Shown one piece after another: positions 1 to 7,973 of a stretch of 31,896 bases of DNA. This stretch comes from a virus. Taxonomy: Duplodnaviria; Caudoviricetes. The stretch spans positions 1-31,896 of IMG/VR virus record IMGVR_UViG_3300033489_000042, one strand, 5' to 3'. The translations under genes were made by a program, and so were the position numbers. Within the stretch, counting starts at the first letter, position 1, and each line of letters opens with the position of its first letter. The notes under the pieces are model-generated. The model was not told the DNA's origin. It was given only the letters and a program-made list of their open reading frames with translations, and did not search any database.

Positions 1-2
1 TG

Positions 3-224
3 ATTCCGAAATCATTTTCCAATCGCAGGCGGGATTATGCGGAAGCGGGAAAGTTGCGACCTGCCACGAAACCCGATTTGGATAATCTGGTGAAATTGGT
101 TAAGGATGCCATGCAGGGTATTTTTTATGCGAACGATAGTCAGATCGTGAGGATTGAGGCGGAAAAGTGGTATTCGGAGAATCCACGGATCGAAATTATT
201 CTGGAAAAATTATGTGAGGATTGA
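3..224 (+). CDS. rusA: RusA-family Holliday junction resolvase, 3' part (truncated by window start)
   Basis: Hand translation from nt 3: IPKSFS...RPATKPDLDNLVKLVKDAMQGIFYANDSQIV...KWYSENPRIEI; the KPDxDNxxKxxxD and (D/N)DSQIV motifs are typical of RusA. Stop TGA at 222-224. Confidence 0.9.
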   Translation: MPKSFSNRRRDYAEAGKLRPATKPDLDNLVKLVKDAMQGIFYANDSQIVRIEAEKWYSENPRIEIILEKLCED

Positions 225-242
225 TGGTGGCGAGGAAGGGAG

Positions 243-299
243 GGTTATGCGGCCCCGTGCCGGAAGCCGCTGGCTTGTGCTGCCACCCTGCCCACTCTC
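243..299 (-). repeat. Repeat A, partial copy 1
   Basis: ggttatgcggcccc...gccgctggcttgtgctgccaccctgcccactctc matches the copies at 737-795 and 1758-1812 but lacks the second arm of the 12-bp inverted repeat. Confidence 0.9.
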
Positions 300-315
300 A
301 GCTCTCACCTGTGAG

Positions 316-357
316 CATTTTCAACTCCTCCAGAGACCTCTCACGCGGGCATATTGT
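316..357 (-). repeat. Repeat B core plus RBS/ATG, degenerate copy, followed by a 6-codon ORF (MLTGES*, 298-318)
   Basis: Minus strand acaatatgcccgcgtg...ggaggagttgaaaATG matches the leader shared by three other genes. Confidence 0.7.
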
Positions 358-377
358 CCACTTAGCAATCTGTTATT

Positions 378-554
378 CTACATTACAGTTTTCATTCCAC
401 AAATCGAGCACTGATATTCCTCTGTCTGGTAATAATAGATTGCCCATTCGGGTAATCTATTATTCTCTTCCATCGGTTTTCCTTTTCGACTGGAAATTTG
501 TTGCCAATCATGACCATGATTGGCGCAATAATCATATTGGAATTCTATGGCCAT
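378..554 (-). CDS. Small hypothetical protein, 58 aa, possible Zn-binding (CxxHxHxW ... CxxCG)
   Basis: GGAGG SD followed by ttgaaaATG at 552-554; lies directly downstream of repeat B. Confidence 0.65.
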   Translation of the reverse strand: MAIEFQYDYCANHGHDWQQISSRKGKPMEENNRLPEWAIYYYQTEEYQCSICGMKTVM

Positions 555-568
555 TTTCAATCCTCCAT

Positions 569-660
569 CGCCCGCCTACGCGGGCACATTGTTTTCGCCA
601 TACTTCTGTTCATCGCCTACTCAGCCACTCGTGGGAGTGGCCGTGTAGGTGATACTACAG
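569..660 (-). repeat. Repeat B, full copy 1 (92 bp, two hairpins)
   Basis: 87/92 identical to 1141-1232; contains gcccgc-ctac-gcgggc and cctac..gccactc-gtgg-gagtggc..gtagg inverted repeats. Confidence 0.95.
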
Positions 661-701
661 ACGTGGGGCTGGCAAGGCCCCAAGTTTGCCTAGCTACCTC
701 C

Positions 702-820
702 TCCCTCAGCCCCGTGTGGGGGTCTGGGGATCTCGTGGTTATGCGGCCCCCGTGCTGCCGGCCGCTGGCTTGTGCTGCCACCCTGCCCACTCTCGGAAGG
801 GTGGGCAGGGTGCGGTGCAA
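702..820 (-). repeat. Repeat A, full copy 2 (multi-hairpin)
   Basis: 12-bp perfect inverted repeat caccctgcccac(779-790)/gtgggcagggtg(801-812), a gcggcc..ggccgc stem, and flanks shared with 1723-1841. Confidence 0.95.
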
Positions 821-822
821 AC

Positions 823-1125
823 TTATTTCCACGACTCTGAAAGAATGCTTCCACAGGAAGCAAAAAAGGCGTCGTTTTCAGTTGCCTTTTTCGGGTGCAA
901 AGCTCTCCACCCGAAAAATTTTTCCTGATCAGTGTCGGGATTCGTAAAAGTTCCGGTGACGGCATGGATTCCCGCATCAAATCCGACGCGGAAACATGCT
1001 CTTTTTTCTGGTGTGTTCAATCCGTTGAGGGCTTTCGGATTGTTTCTGAGAATTAATTTTTCAGTATCTTTTTCAGCTTGAAGACACAAAAGGTACATCG
1101 CTTTTGTTAATTTTTTTCGTTCCAT
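823..1125 (-). CDS. Hypothetical protein, 100 aa
   Basis: AAGGAGG SD then attaaaaATG; the ORF fills the interval between repeat B and repeat A exactly. Confidence 0.7.
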   Translation of the reverse strand: MERKKLTKAMYLLCLQAEKDTEKLILRNNPKALNGLNTPEKRACFRVGFDAGIHAVTGTFTNPDTDQEKFFGWRALHPKKATENDAFFASCGSILSESWK

Positions 1126-1140
1126 TTTTAATCCTCCTTA

Positions 1141-1232
1141 CGCCCGCCTACGCGGGCACATTGTTTTCGCCATACTTCTGTTCATCGCCTATGCAGCCAC
1201 TCGTGGGAGTGGCTGGGTAGGTAATACTACAG
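1141..1232 (-). repeat. Repeat B, full copy 2
   Basis: Direct repeat of 569-660; includes the stop codon of the 1227-1721 gene. Confidence 0.95.
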
Positions 1233-1721
1233 GCTCAGTCCCCTCCGCTTGACCTCCGCCAAAATTTCCGCGTCGGTGAATCCTTCTATCAGAGAATTCA
1301 CGGCTGTTTCGGAAGTAGCGGGAACTGCGGGAGTTGGAGCAGGAGACATCAGGACTTTTTCGATCGCAGGCCAGAGATCGGTAGCCCACGACTTCGGATC
1401 GATGATCCGATCCAATCGTTTCAATGTACCGTCCTCCTGCATCTGGCACAAAAAATAGCGTGTAACATTTTTTGGATGCTTATAACTACCCTGCCAGGAG
1501 CAACCAAGTACCAGGCCGCCTACCGGAATCCATTCGGGCCCATTCAAGAAGCTCCCCTGGAGGGAGTACCCATTGGTTTTGGTTTTGTCGATGCCGGTCA
1601 CGGTCTTGGCCCATCCTCCGTGGTATTGATAGAAATCATCGGCTACTTCGGAAATATCGCGAGGATCGCAAAGAATTTCTCCTTTTTCGTTTTTCTGAAT
1701 CGTTTCCATTTCTTTCTCCAT
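1227..1721 (-). CDS. Hypothetical phage protein, 164 aa (start may be 1709)
   Basis: Globular-looking sequence (WAKTVTGIDKTKTNGYSLQGSF...GSYKHP), a Pro/Ala/Thr linker and a C-terminal FTDAEILAEVKRRG helix; fills the A-to-B interval. Confidence 0.8.
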   Translation of the reverse strand: MEKEMETIQKNEKGEILCDPRDISEVADDFYQYHGGWAKTVTGIDKTKTNGYSLQGSFLNGPEWIPVGGLVLGCSWQGSYKHPKNVTRYFLCQMQEDGTLKRLDRIIDPKSWATDLWPAIEKVLMSPAPTPAVPATSETAVNSLIEGFTDAEILAEVKRRGLSL

Positions 1722-1722
1722 T

Positions 1723-1841
1723 TCCCTCGGCCCCCGTCATGGACATGGGGATTTCATGGTTATGCGGCCCCGTACTGCCGGGGCCGCTGACTTGTGCAGC
1801 CACCCTGCCCACCATCAGGCGAGTGGGCAGGGTGCGGCAAA
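1723..1841 (-). repeat. Repeat A, full copy 3
   Basis: caccctgcccac(1801-1812)/gtgggcagggtg(1823-1834) with a different 10-nt loop; perfect 9-bp stem gcggccccg/cggggccgc (1764-1787). Confidence 0.95.
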
Positions 1842-1844
1842 ATG

Positions 1845-2045
1845 CTAAATCTTGAACCCATAAAGCTCCAACTCGCTGGGATCGGGGGAGATTCCGAGGT
1901 AACTGTGGGATTTTTCTTCCCCGTACCAATACCCACGCTTTCCGAGAGGCGCTCTTGCATGGTAGCTCGGCCAGGTATCAGATTTTTTAGCCGCGAATCT
2001 AAGCTCAATTCCGAATTGGTTGGTTGATTTTAATCTTGCATCCAT
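1845..2045 (-). CDS. Hypothetical protein, 66 aa (MDARLKSTNQF...)
   Basis: GGAGG SD then aattaaaaATG at 2043-2045, downstream of the repeat B core. Confidence 0.65.
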   Translation of the reverse strand: MDARLKSTNQFGIELRFAAKKSDTWPSYHARAPLGKRGYWYGEEKSHSYLGISPDPSELELYGFKI

Positions 2046-2060
2046 TTTTAATTCCTCCAT

Positions 2061-2084
2061 GCCGCCTACGCGGGCACATTGTTT
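2061..2084 (-). repeat. Repeat B core, short copy
   Basis: ccgcctacgcgggcacattgttt is identical to the core of 569-660 and 1141-1232; overlaps the stop of the upstream gene. Confidence 0.9.
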
Positions 2085-2254
2085 CCGTTCGCATCGTATC
2101 CCTTTATTTGCGCAAACAATATGGCATCTTTCGGGGTATCAAATACTATTGAAGCCATATTCCCTTGTTTATTTTTTTTGCATAGTTCCGTGGGCACACT
2201 GCCCACATATCCGGCCTTTCCGGTCGGATATGTCAAAATTGCTAATTTATGCAT
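2066..2254 (-). CDS. Hypothetical protein, 62 aa (MHKLAILTYPTGKAGYVGSVP...)
   Basis: ATG at 2252-2254 overlaps the stop of the upstream RHH-like gene (ATGCATAA), suggesting translational coupling. Confidence 0.65.
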   Translation of the reverse strand: MHKLAILTYPTGKAGYVGSVPTELCKKNKQGNMASIVFDTPKDAILFAQIKGYDANGNNVPA

Positions 2255-2417
2255 TTTTTCTTTCCCTTTCAATCCACTCCCGCAGGGCATCCTCAGCCCC
2301 GCGAGCTTTTGGAATGTCCTTTTGGATACACAAAATTTCAAATTGTTTGAGTAGCTCCAGCTCCAACTCCAGCCGCAGCATACGGCGGCGTTGCTTTGAT
2401 TCTATTTTTTTTTTCAT
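2247..2417 (-). CDS. Putative ribbon-helix-helix (Arc/CopG-like) regulator, 56 aa; below the ORF-track cutoff
   Basis: Hand translation MKKKIESKQRRRMLRLELELELLKQFEILCIQKDIPKARGAEDALREWIERERKNA*; GGAG SD; strand-helix-helix hydrophobic pattern; first gene of the leftward operon. Confidence 0.6.
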   Translation of the reverse strand: MKKKIESKQRRRMLRLELELELLKQFEILCIQKDIPKARGAEDALREWIERERKNA

Positions 2418-2461
2418 ATTTTTTTCTCCGTGTTTTTTTAATCAGTATGACAATATATAGT

Positions 2462-2477
2462 TGCAATCAGTGTGCCA
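2462..2477 (-). promoter_or_regulatory. sigma54 (RpoN) -24/-12 promoter
   Basis: Minus strand TGGCAC-ACTGA-TTGCA, an exact match to TGGCAC-N5-TTGCW, about 45 nt upstream of the 2417 start. Confidence 0.75.
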
Positions 2478-2600
2478 TTTTAGCAAAAAAAGCATAGTGA
2501 TTATATTTATTTTATTTGCATCAATAAAATCAATAGTTTCCAGTATGATATTTTTGGGCCTGACTGGGGAGTCATGCCGGTGCGTCCGGTATTATCTATT

Positions 2601-2678
2601 TAAGTCATTGATTTTATTGATATTATTAGGCATTATTGGATAATAAATGAATGAATTATGAATAAAATCAATAAGTTA
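2601..2678. promoter_or_regulatory. Two IHF consensus sites (WATCAANNNNTTR)
   Basis: AATCAATGACTTA on minus (2601-2613) and AATCAATAAGTTA on plus (2666-2678) in AT-rich DNA; a near match at 2528-2540. Confidence 0.6.
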
Positions 2679-2690
2679 ACTTTTCAGCGT

Positions 2691-2807
2691 TCGACCGATC
2701 GGTCGAGCTATAGGTGGGAGAAAATGGAAGATATAGTCAATCCTATTGATTTTGTTGTACTATCTCTGCTCGCCCAGACGTGTAGGGTGATTCGACTAAT
2801 CGGTCGA
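2691..2807. promoter_or_regulatory. Pair of palindromic operator/enhancer sites
   Basis: Perfect 16-bp palindrome TCGACCGATCGGTCGA (2691-2706) and a 14/16 copy TCGACTAATCGGTCGA (2792-2807). Confidence 0.65.
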
Positions 2808-2934
2808 AAATTATGTCAACTTGGATAGAAATTGCAAAGTTGCGAAAGCCCCTGGCAAAACTGCGAAATGTATTGTTTTTATTGATATTATGATTTGAAA
2901 TTTTGCAAATGGATTTGTCAATATTGTTATCCTG

Positions 2935-2964
2935 TTGACAATTATGAATATATGGGATTATTAT
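2935..2964 (+). promoter_or_regulatory. Candidate sigma70 promoter for the methyltransferase
   Basis: TTGACA (2935-2940), 18-nt spacer, TATTAT (2959-2964); AAGGAG SD before the ATG at 2991. Confidence 0.45.
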
Positions 2965-2990
2965 TGAGGAATATAAGATAAGGAGTTTAT

Positions 2991-4199
2991 ATGGATCGTA
3001 AAAATATAGAATATATTCCTATAGTACAGTTGAAATCTGCTGAATACAATCCACGCCGGATGACCGAGAAACAGGCGAAGGATCTTGAAGCCAGTATCAA
3101 GAAATTTGGCATGATTGATCCGATCATTGTCAATCGGCATTCTGAGCGAATGAATATAGTTATCGGTGGGCATCAGAGATTGAAGATTGCGCAAAAGTTG
3201 AATATTGATTCTGTACCTGTAGTATATGTGGAGTTAGACGGGGAACAGGAAAAGGAGCTTAATTTACGTCTTAATAAAAATACCGGTGAATGGGATTTTG
3301 ACTTACTTGCTTCTTTTGATGTAGATATGCTGAAGGATGTTGGTTGGGGTGATGATGAATTGAAGGAAATTTTTCAGGTCGAGGAAACGCCAGGAGGCGG
3401 AGGCAATACTGATCCTGATACGGTGCCTGATCCTCCGGCAGAGCCAAAGGCTAGGGTTGGCGATATCTACCAGCTTGGCAGGCATCGGCTTATGTGCGGC
3501 GATAGCACTAAACGGGAGGATGTGGAAAGGCTGATGCAGGGAAAGATGGCAGACATGGTGTTCACCGATCCTCCCTACAATGTGGATTATGAAGATACTT
3601 TCGGAAGAAAGATCAAGAATGACAACCTGAAGGATTTCAGAGGGTTCTTGAAAAGCGTATATGACTCCATATATGCAGTGCTCAAGGATAATGCTCCAGC
3701 TTATGTCTGCTATGCAGAGAAAACGGTCATCGACTTTAGAACCGTGGCTGTTGAATCAGGGTTTGAGTGGCGAAACACCCTGATCTGGTTGAAAGACGTT
3801 CCTGCCATGAATTTTGGCCACTATACCTGGATCTATGAGCCAATATTGTACCTGGCAAAGGGATCTCCCCAGTTTTATGGCAAACCGAATCATCCTAACC
3901 TCCTGGAGGTGGCTTCCTTCAATTCATTTGCAGGCAGGGTGGATGACAAGGGAAACAAGCTCAACAGGTCCCTACACCCGAATCAAAAGCCGGTTCAGGT
4001 AGTGAAAGTTCCCATAGAAAATTCCAGCAAGGCGGGAGATCTTCTGTTTGAGCCTTTCGGAGGCTCAGGGTCTACCCTTATCGCCTGTGAGAAGACCAAT
4101 CGGCGCTGCTTTGCTATGGAGCTTGATCCGTGCTATATTGATGTTATTATTACCCGATGGGAAGAGTTTACAGGGCAGAAGGCAGTGAAAGTGGCCTGA
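2991..4199 (+). CDS. ParB/Srx-like N-terminal domain fused to an N6-adenine/N4-cytosine DNA methyltransferase (beta class)
   Basis: YNPR...IIVN...IGGHQRL (ParB-like); HRLMCGDST, FTDPPY, HPNQKPV, EPFGGSGSTLIACE, MELDP motifs. Confidence 0.93.
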   Translation: MDRKNIEYIPIVQLKSAEYNPRRMTEKQAKDLEASIKKFGMIDPIIVNRHSERMNIVIGGHQRLKIAQKLNIDSVPVVYVELDGEQEKELNLRLNKNTGEWDFDLLASFDVDMLKDVGWGDDELKEIFQVEETPGGGGNTDPDTVPDPPAEPKARVGDIYQLGRHRLMCGDSTKREDVERLMQGKMADMVFTDPPYNVDYEDTFGRKIKNDNLKDFRGFLKSVYDSIYAVLKDNAPAYVCYAEKTVIDFRTVAVESGFEWRNTLIWLKDVPAMNFGHYTWIYEPILYLAKGSPQFYGKPNHPNLLEVASFNSFAGRVDDKGNKLNRSLHPNQKPVQVVKVPIENSSKAGDLLFEPFGGSGSTLIACEKTNRRCFAMELDPCYIDVIITRWEEFTGQKAVKVA

Positions 4200-4439
4200 T
4201 AAGAAAATATGATAAAATTGAAATCAACAATGATCAATTCCAAATTCACTCGCAAATTGAAAACTAAATCAAAAAGTTATGCTTTTCGTGGAGTTTCTGA
4301 TGCTCTTGGTACGATCAAGCATAAAGGTCTCCTTTTTTAAAAGATTGTATCAAAAATAACTTTTGTATAGCAATTACAATCTATTTTAACTTTTGTGTTA
4401 ATTTAAAAAGTTGAAATAGTTATTAATAAAGTTAATAAA

Positions 4440-5020
4440 ATGGCGGCACCAAAACGGACTAGAATACAAATCAAAAAAGAACGAGAATTGATAAGTGCCT
4501 GGCATCTTGAGGGACTTTCACAAACAGAAATAGCGGAAAGACTGCACCTCAGTCAAGGGATGATTAATCGGGAAATTAAAATTATTGAACGTGAATGGGA
4601 ACGGTTAACAGCTATTAATCGTGATAAGAAAATAGTAGAAAAACTTGCTGAAATTGCACTCTTAAAAAAAAAGCTTTTGAAGGTTGGCATCGATCCTACG
4701 AAGAATTTAAGTCCCGTACAGCTTTGGGCAAAATAATTGAGAAGAAGGACGAGCTTGGCAATATGATCGGAGAATCATTGAAGCCGATAAATCAAACCGT
4801 TCATACTGAAACACGAGCAGGAGACCCTCGCTTCCTGGCAGAAATAAATAAATTGATCGAACGCGAATGTAAACTTTTGGGATTGGATGCGCCCACTAAA
4901 CAAGAATACACAGGTAAAGATGGCGGACCAATTGTGATTGCTGATCGATTTAAGGGATGGAGTAAAGAAGATATTGCAAGATATGCAATTACTGGAATTA
5001 AACCCACGAGTATTAAATAG
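4440..5020 (+). CDS. terS: Terminase small subunit, split into two frames at an A9 run (4664-4672)
   Basis: N-terminal HTH (GLSQTEIAERLHLSQGMINREI); the -1 frame continues KKKAFEGWHRS...GDPRFL...CKLLGLDAPTKQEYTGKDGGPI, a typical TerS C-terminus; directly upstream of terL. Confidence 0.8.
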
Positions 5021-6488
5021 CCATTCGGACGAGGAATGGTTGAAATTGGCAGAAAAACGGTTTGAGATAGAATGCCAGGAGATGTATGCTCAAGCCGAAA
5101 AATCCCTGCATGCCTTCATCGAATCCGCCTGGCCGATAATTGAGCCCTCCCGTCCCTTTATCGGCAATTGGCATATTGATGCAATCTGTACCCACCTTGA
5201 GGCGGTTACTCGCGGGGAGATCCTGCGCCTGGTGATCAATATTCCTCCACGATCCTCCAAATCAACGATCGTTTCGGTTATGTGGCCGGTCTGGGTCTGG
5301 CTGCAAGATCCGACCAGGCGTTTTTTGACTGTATCGCATGGAGACAGGCTTGCAGTGAGAGATGCGCTCGCATCCAGGCGATTACTCACTTCCTCCTGGT
5401 TTCAAAAAGGTTGGAAGGATAAATTCAGTCTGACCGGTGATCAGAATCAGAAAAGCCGGTACGAAAACAATCATCGTGGGTGTCGCATGGCCTTTGGGAT
5501 TGGCTCAGGCATAACTGGCGAGGGTGGAGATATGCTCATCATCGATGATCCCCATGATGCAAAATCGGCCATGTTCTCGGAAAAGGAACGTCAGAATGTT
5601 CTCGATGCCTTTGATCAGGAGCTTTCCACCAGGCTTAACGATTCCGAAAAATCGGCTATTGTCATTATCATGCAGCGCCTTCACGGAGAGGATCTGGCCG
5701 GACATGTGCTTAAGACCGGCCAGTATGAGCATTTATGCCTGCCGATGGAATATGAGTCCGCCAGGAAGTGCATAACCTGCCTGGGGACGCAAGATCCCCG
5801 GACGATCGAAGGGGAACTGCTTTGCCCTGAACGATTTCCGCTTGCATGGGTGGCAGAGCAGAAACGCACACTTGGCACTTACGGCGCAAGCGGGCAATTG
5901 CAGCAAAGTCCTGTTCCCGCTAAGGGTGGACTTATTAAGCTTGATTGGTTTCAGCGATATAGTGTTTTGCCTACCAAGGATCAATGGATTCAGGTTGTGC
6001 AATTTTGGGATACGGCACAGAAAGCAAATGAATTACTCAATTGTCCCTGGGTATGCGGAACCTGGGTAAAAGCCAAAAATGGCGGATTATATCTGATCGA
6101 TGTTTTCCGCGAATGGATGGATTATCCCCAAGGAAAGCGCATAGCAAAATCATTAGCCGAGAAATATAATCCTCATGTAATCGTGATTGAGGATAAATCA
6201 ACCGGATCGTCCCTGATTCAGGAAATGAAAAAGGAAACAAAATTTTCAATTCTTCCTTTTGAGCCTGAAGCAGATAAAATCACCAGGTTGGCTACCGAAA
6301 GCCCTGCTGTTGAATCCGGCAGGATATGGCTTCCTTATATAGCTTCATGGCTTCCGGCATTTGAACTGGAGATAGGCGGGTTTCCATTAAGCGCTACTAT
6401 GGATCAGGCAGATATGTTGAGTATGGCTTTGAGATATTTCCAAAAGAAAAAAATATCGGTCGCTGATGTTTTGGCAGGGAAAAAATAA
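4983..6488 (+). CDS. terL: Terminase large subunit (start uncertain, 4938 or 4983)
   Basis: NWHIDAIC, Walker A-like INIPPRSSKS, Walker B LIIDDPH, IMQRLH, nuclease WDTA, IEDKSTG, DQAD. Confidence 0.95.
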   Translation: MQLLELNPRVLNSHSDEEWLKLAEKRFEIECQEMYAQAEKSLHAFIESAWPIIEPSRPFIGNWHIDAICTHLEAVTRGEILRLVINIPPRSSKSTIVSVMWPVWVWLQDPTRRFLTVSHGDRLAVRDALASRRLLTSSWFQKGWKDKFSLTGDQNQKSRYENNHRGCRMAFGIGSGITGEGGDMLIIDDPHDAKSAMFSEKERQNVLDAFDQELSTRLNDSEKSAIVIIMQRLHGEDLAGHVLKTGQYEHLCLPMEYESARKCITCLGTQDPRTIEGELLCPERFPLAWVAEQKRTLGTYGASGQLQQSPVPAKGGLIKLDWFQRYSVLPTKDQWIQVVQFWDTAQKANELLNCPWVCGTWVKAKNGGLYLIDVFREWMDYPQGKRIAKSLAEKYNPHVIVIEDKSTGSSLIQEMKKETKFSILPFEPEADKITRLATESPAVESGRIWLPYIASWLPAFELEIGGFPLSATMDQADMLSMALRYFQKKKISVADVLAGKK

Positions 6489-6500
6489 AAGGATGACAAA

Positions 6501-7973
6501 ATGAATCAGATTGAACAAGCAAAACAGACCGCAAAGCATCGTGATCATGCACGGCTTGATATGTTTGTTAACGCCTATAACGGATTTGGTGGGACAAGAG
6601 ATCCTATGTACCGGATTGGTTTTTCTGCCGGAATTATCCTGACCAAAACTGAACTTGAGGATATGTTCAGGCATAACTGGTTAGCCCGGAAAATCTGTGA
6701 AGCAATTCCGCAGGATGCCACCAGGCAGTGGATTGATATTAAGGCTGATGATCAAGATATTATTACCGATATTATGGGTCAAATGGATATTTTGGAGGTA
6801 CAGACTAAAATCGAGGAAGCTCTTACACTTGCCAGACTTTATGGCGGGTCAATTATTATTCTTGGTGCGCCGGATGGTCAACCCCCGGATACGCCACTCA
6901 ATGAGGATCGGATTTTTGAGTTGAAGTCTCTCAATGTGGTTGACCGGTGGCAGGTCTGGATTGATAAAACTTACGACGATGTATTTTTGCCGAATTTTGG
7001 ACAGCCGGAGATATACCGGCTTCAACCGATTACGGCAGGTACGGCCATAAGACAAGGTCAGCGTATACATGAATCACGGTTACTTCGTTTTGATGGCGCA
7101 TATTTGCCGGAGATTATTAAAATCGGTAATGCGGGTTGGCATGATTCGGTATTGCAATCGATTAACGAAGAATTAAGGCGTCATGGCGTATCGATTCAAT
7201 CCGGCGCTATTCTATTTCAGGATTTTATCACTAAAGCGCTTAAGCTCCCTAATTTAGCTGAGCTGCTTGGAACGATTGAGGGACAGACTGCTCTTATGAC
7301 CCGTACACAATATGCTATTTCAAACAATTCTTCCCTTGGAATTGTTTTGCTCGGAGAGGACGAAGAGCTTACTAAAATTCAAACACCTATAGCAGGTCTT
7401 GTAGAAATGCTCAATATTTATATTGAGCTTATTTCCGCTGCATCAAATATTCCGCGAGCCCGTCTTTTCGGACAATCATTAGGGGTATTGGCCGGGGCTA
7501 CCGAGACCACACGGACATATTATGATATGATTGCCGGTTATCAACAAAAATATATCCGCAGACAACTTGAGAAGCTCATCAAAATTATATTCAAGGCCAA
7601 AAATTCGGCCACTAAGGGGAAGGAACCTGAAAATTGGTCATTTGATTTTAAGCCTCTCTGGCAGCAAACCGAAAAGGAAACTGCTGAGATACGTAAATTA
7701 TATTCAGAAATAGATACTAATTATATTAATAATCAAACATATTCTCCCGAAGAAGTTTGTAAATCAAGATTTGGACCTGATGGATATTCGACAGAAATGA
7801 CCATTGATTTAAAAACACGGGCAGAATTTGAGAAACAGGTACAAGAGGAACAGGCGAAACAAATGATGCTTTTGCAAGCGCAGACAGCGCAAGGAGCGAC
7901 CGGTCAAATAGGGCAAGGCGAGGATGGCACGCAACAAAATCAAATGATAACGGGTAAAATTAATGCCCAATAA
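6501..7973 (+). CDS. Portal protein (DUF1073-like)
   Basis: Follows terL; WLARKICEAIPQDATRQW, ARLYGGS, RIHESRLLRFDG, IPRARLFGQS, FKPLWQ. Confidence 0.9.
   Translation: MNQIEQAKQTAKHRDHARLDMFVNAYNGFGGTRDPMYRIGFSAGIILTKTELEDMFRHNWLARKICEAIPQDATRQWIDIKADDQDIITDIMGQMDILEVQTKIEEALTLARLYGGSIIILGAPDGQPPDTPLNEDRIFELKSLNVVDRWQVWIDKTYDDVFLPNFGQPEIYRLQPITAGTAIRQGQRIHESRLLRFDGAYLPEIIKIGNAGWHDSVLQSINEELRRHGVSIQSGAILFQDFITKALKLPNLAELLGTIEGQTALMTRTQYAISNNSSLGIVLLGEDEELTKIQTPIAGLVEMLNIYIELISAASNIPRARLFGQSLGVLAGATETTRTYYDMIAGYQQKYIRRQLEKLIKIIFKAKNSATKGKEPENWSFDFKPLWQQTEKETAEIRKLYSEIDTNYINNQTYSPEEVCKSRFGPDGYSTEMTIDLKTRAEFEKQVQEEQAKQMMLLQAQTAQGATGQIGQGEDGTQQNQMITGKINAQ

Noticed and set aside
243-2084. CRISPR array or classical integron attC array
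   Set aside because: Spacing is gene-sized and irregular with two repeat types; I could not identify RYYYAAC/GTTRRRY boxes bounding the hairpins, and no integron integrase is in the window.
154-2460. Plus-strand ORFs over the accessory region
   Set aside because: They run through the repeats and lack SDs; the minus-strand ORFs have strong SDs and fit the repeat boundaries.
2991-4199. Restriction-modification system or partition locus
   Set aside because: No cognate endonuclease or parA; ParB-MTase fusions next to terminase genes are common orphan phage genes.
6501-7973. Anti-CBASS annotation sometimes attached to DUF1073 proteins
   Set aside because: Position and size indicate the portal; no additional phosphoesterase domain is evident.
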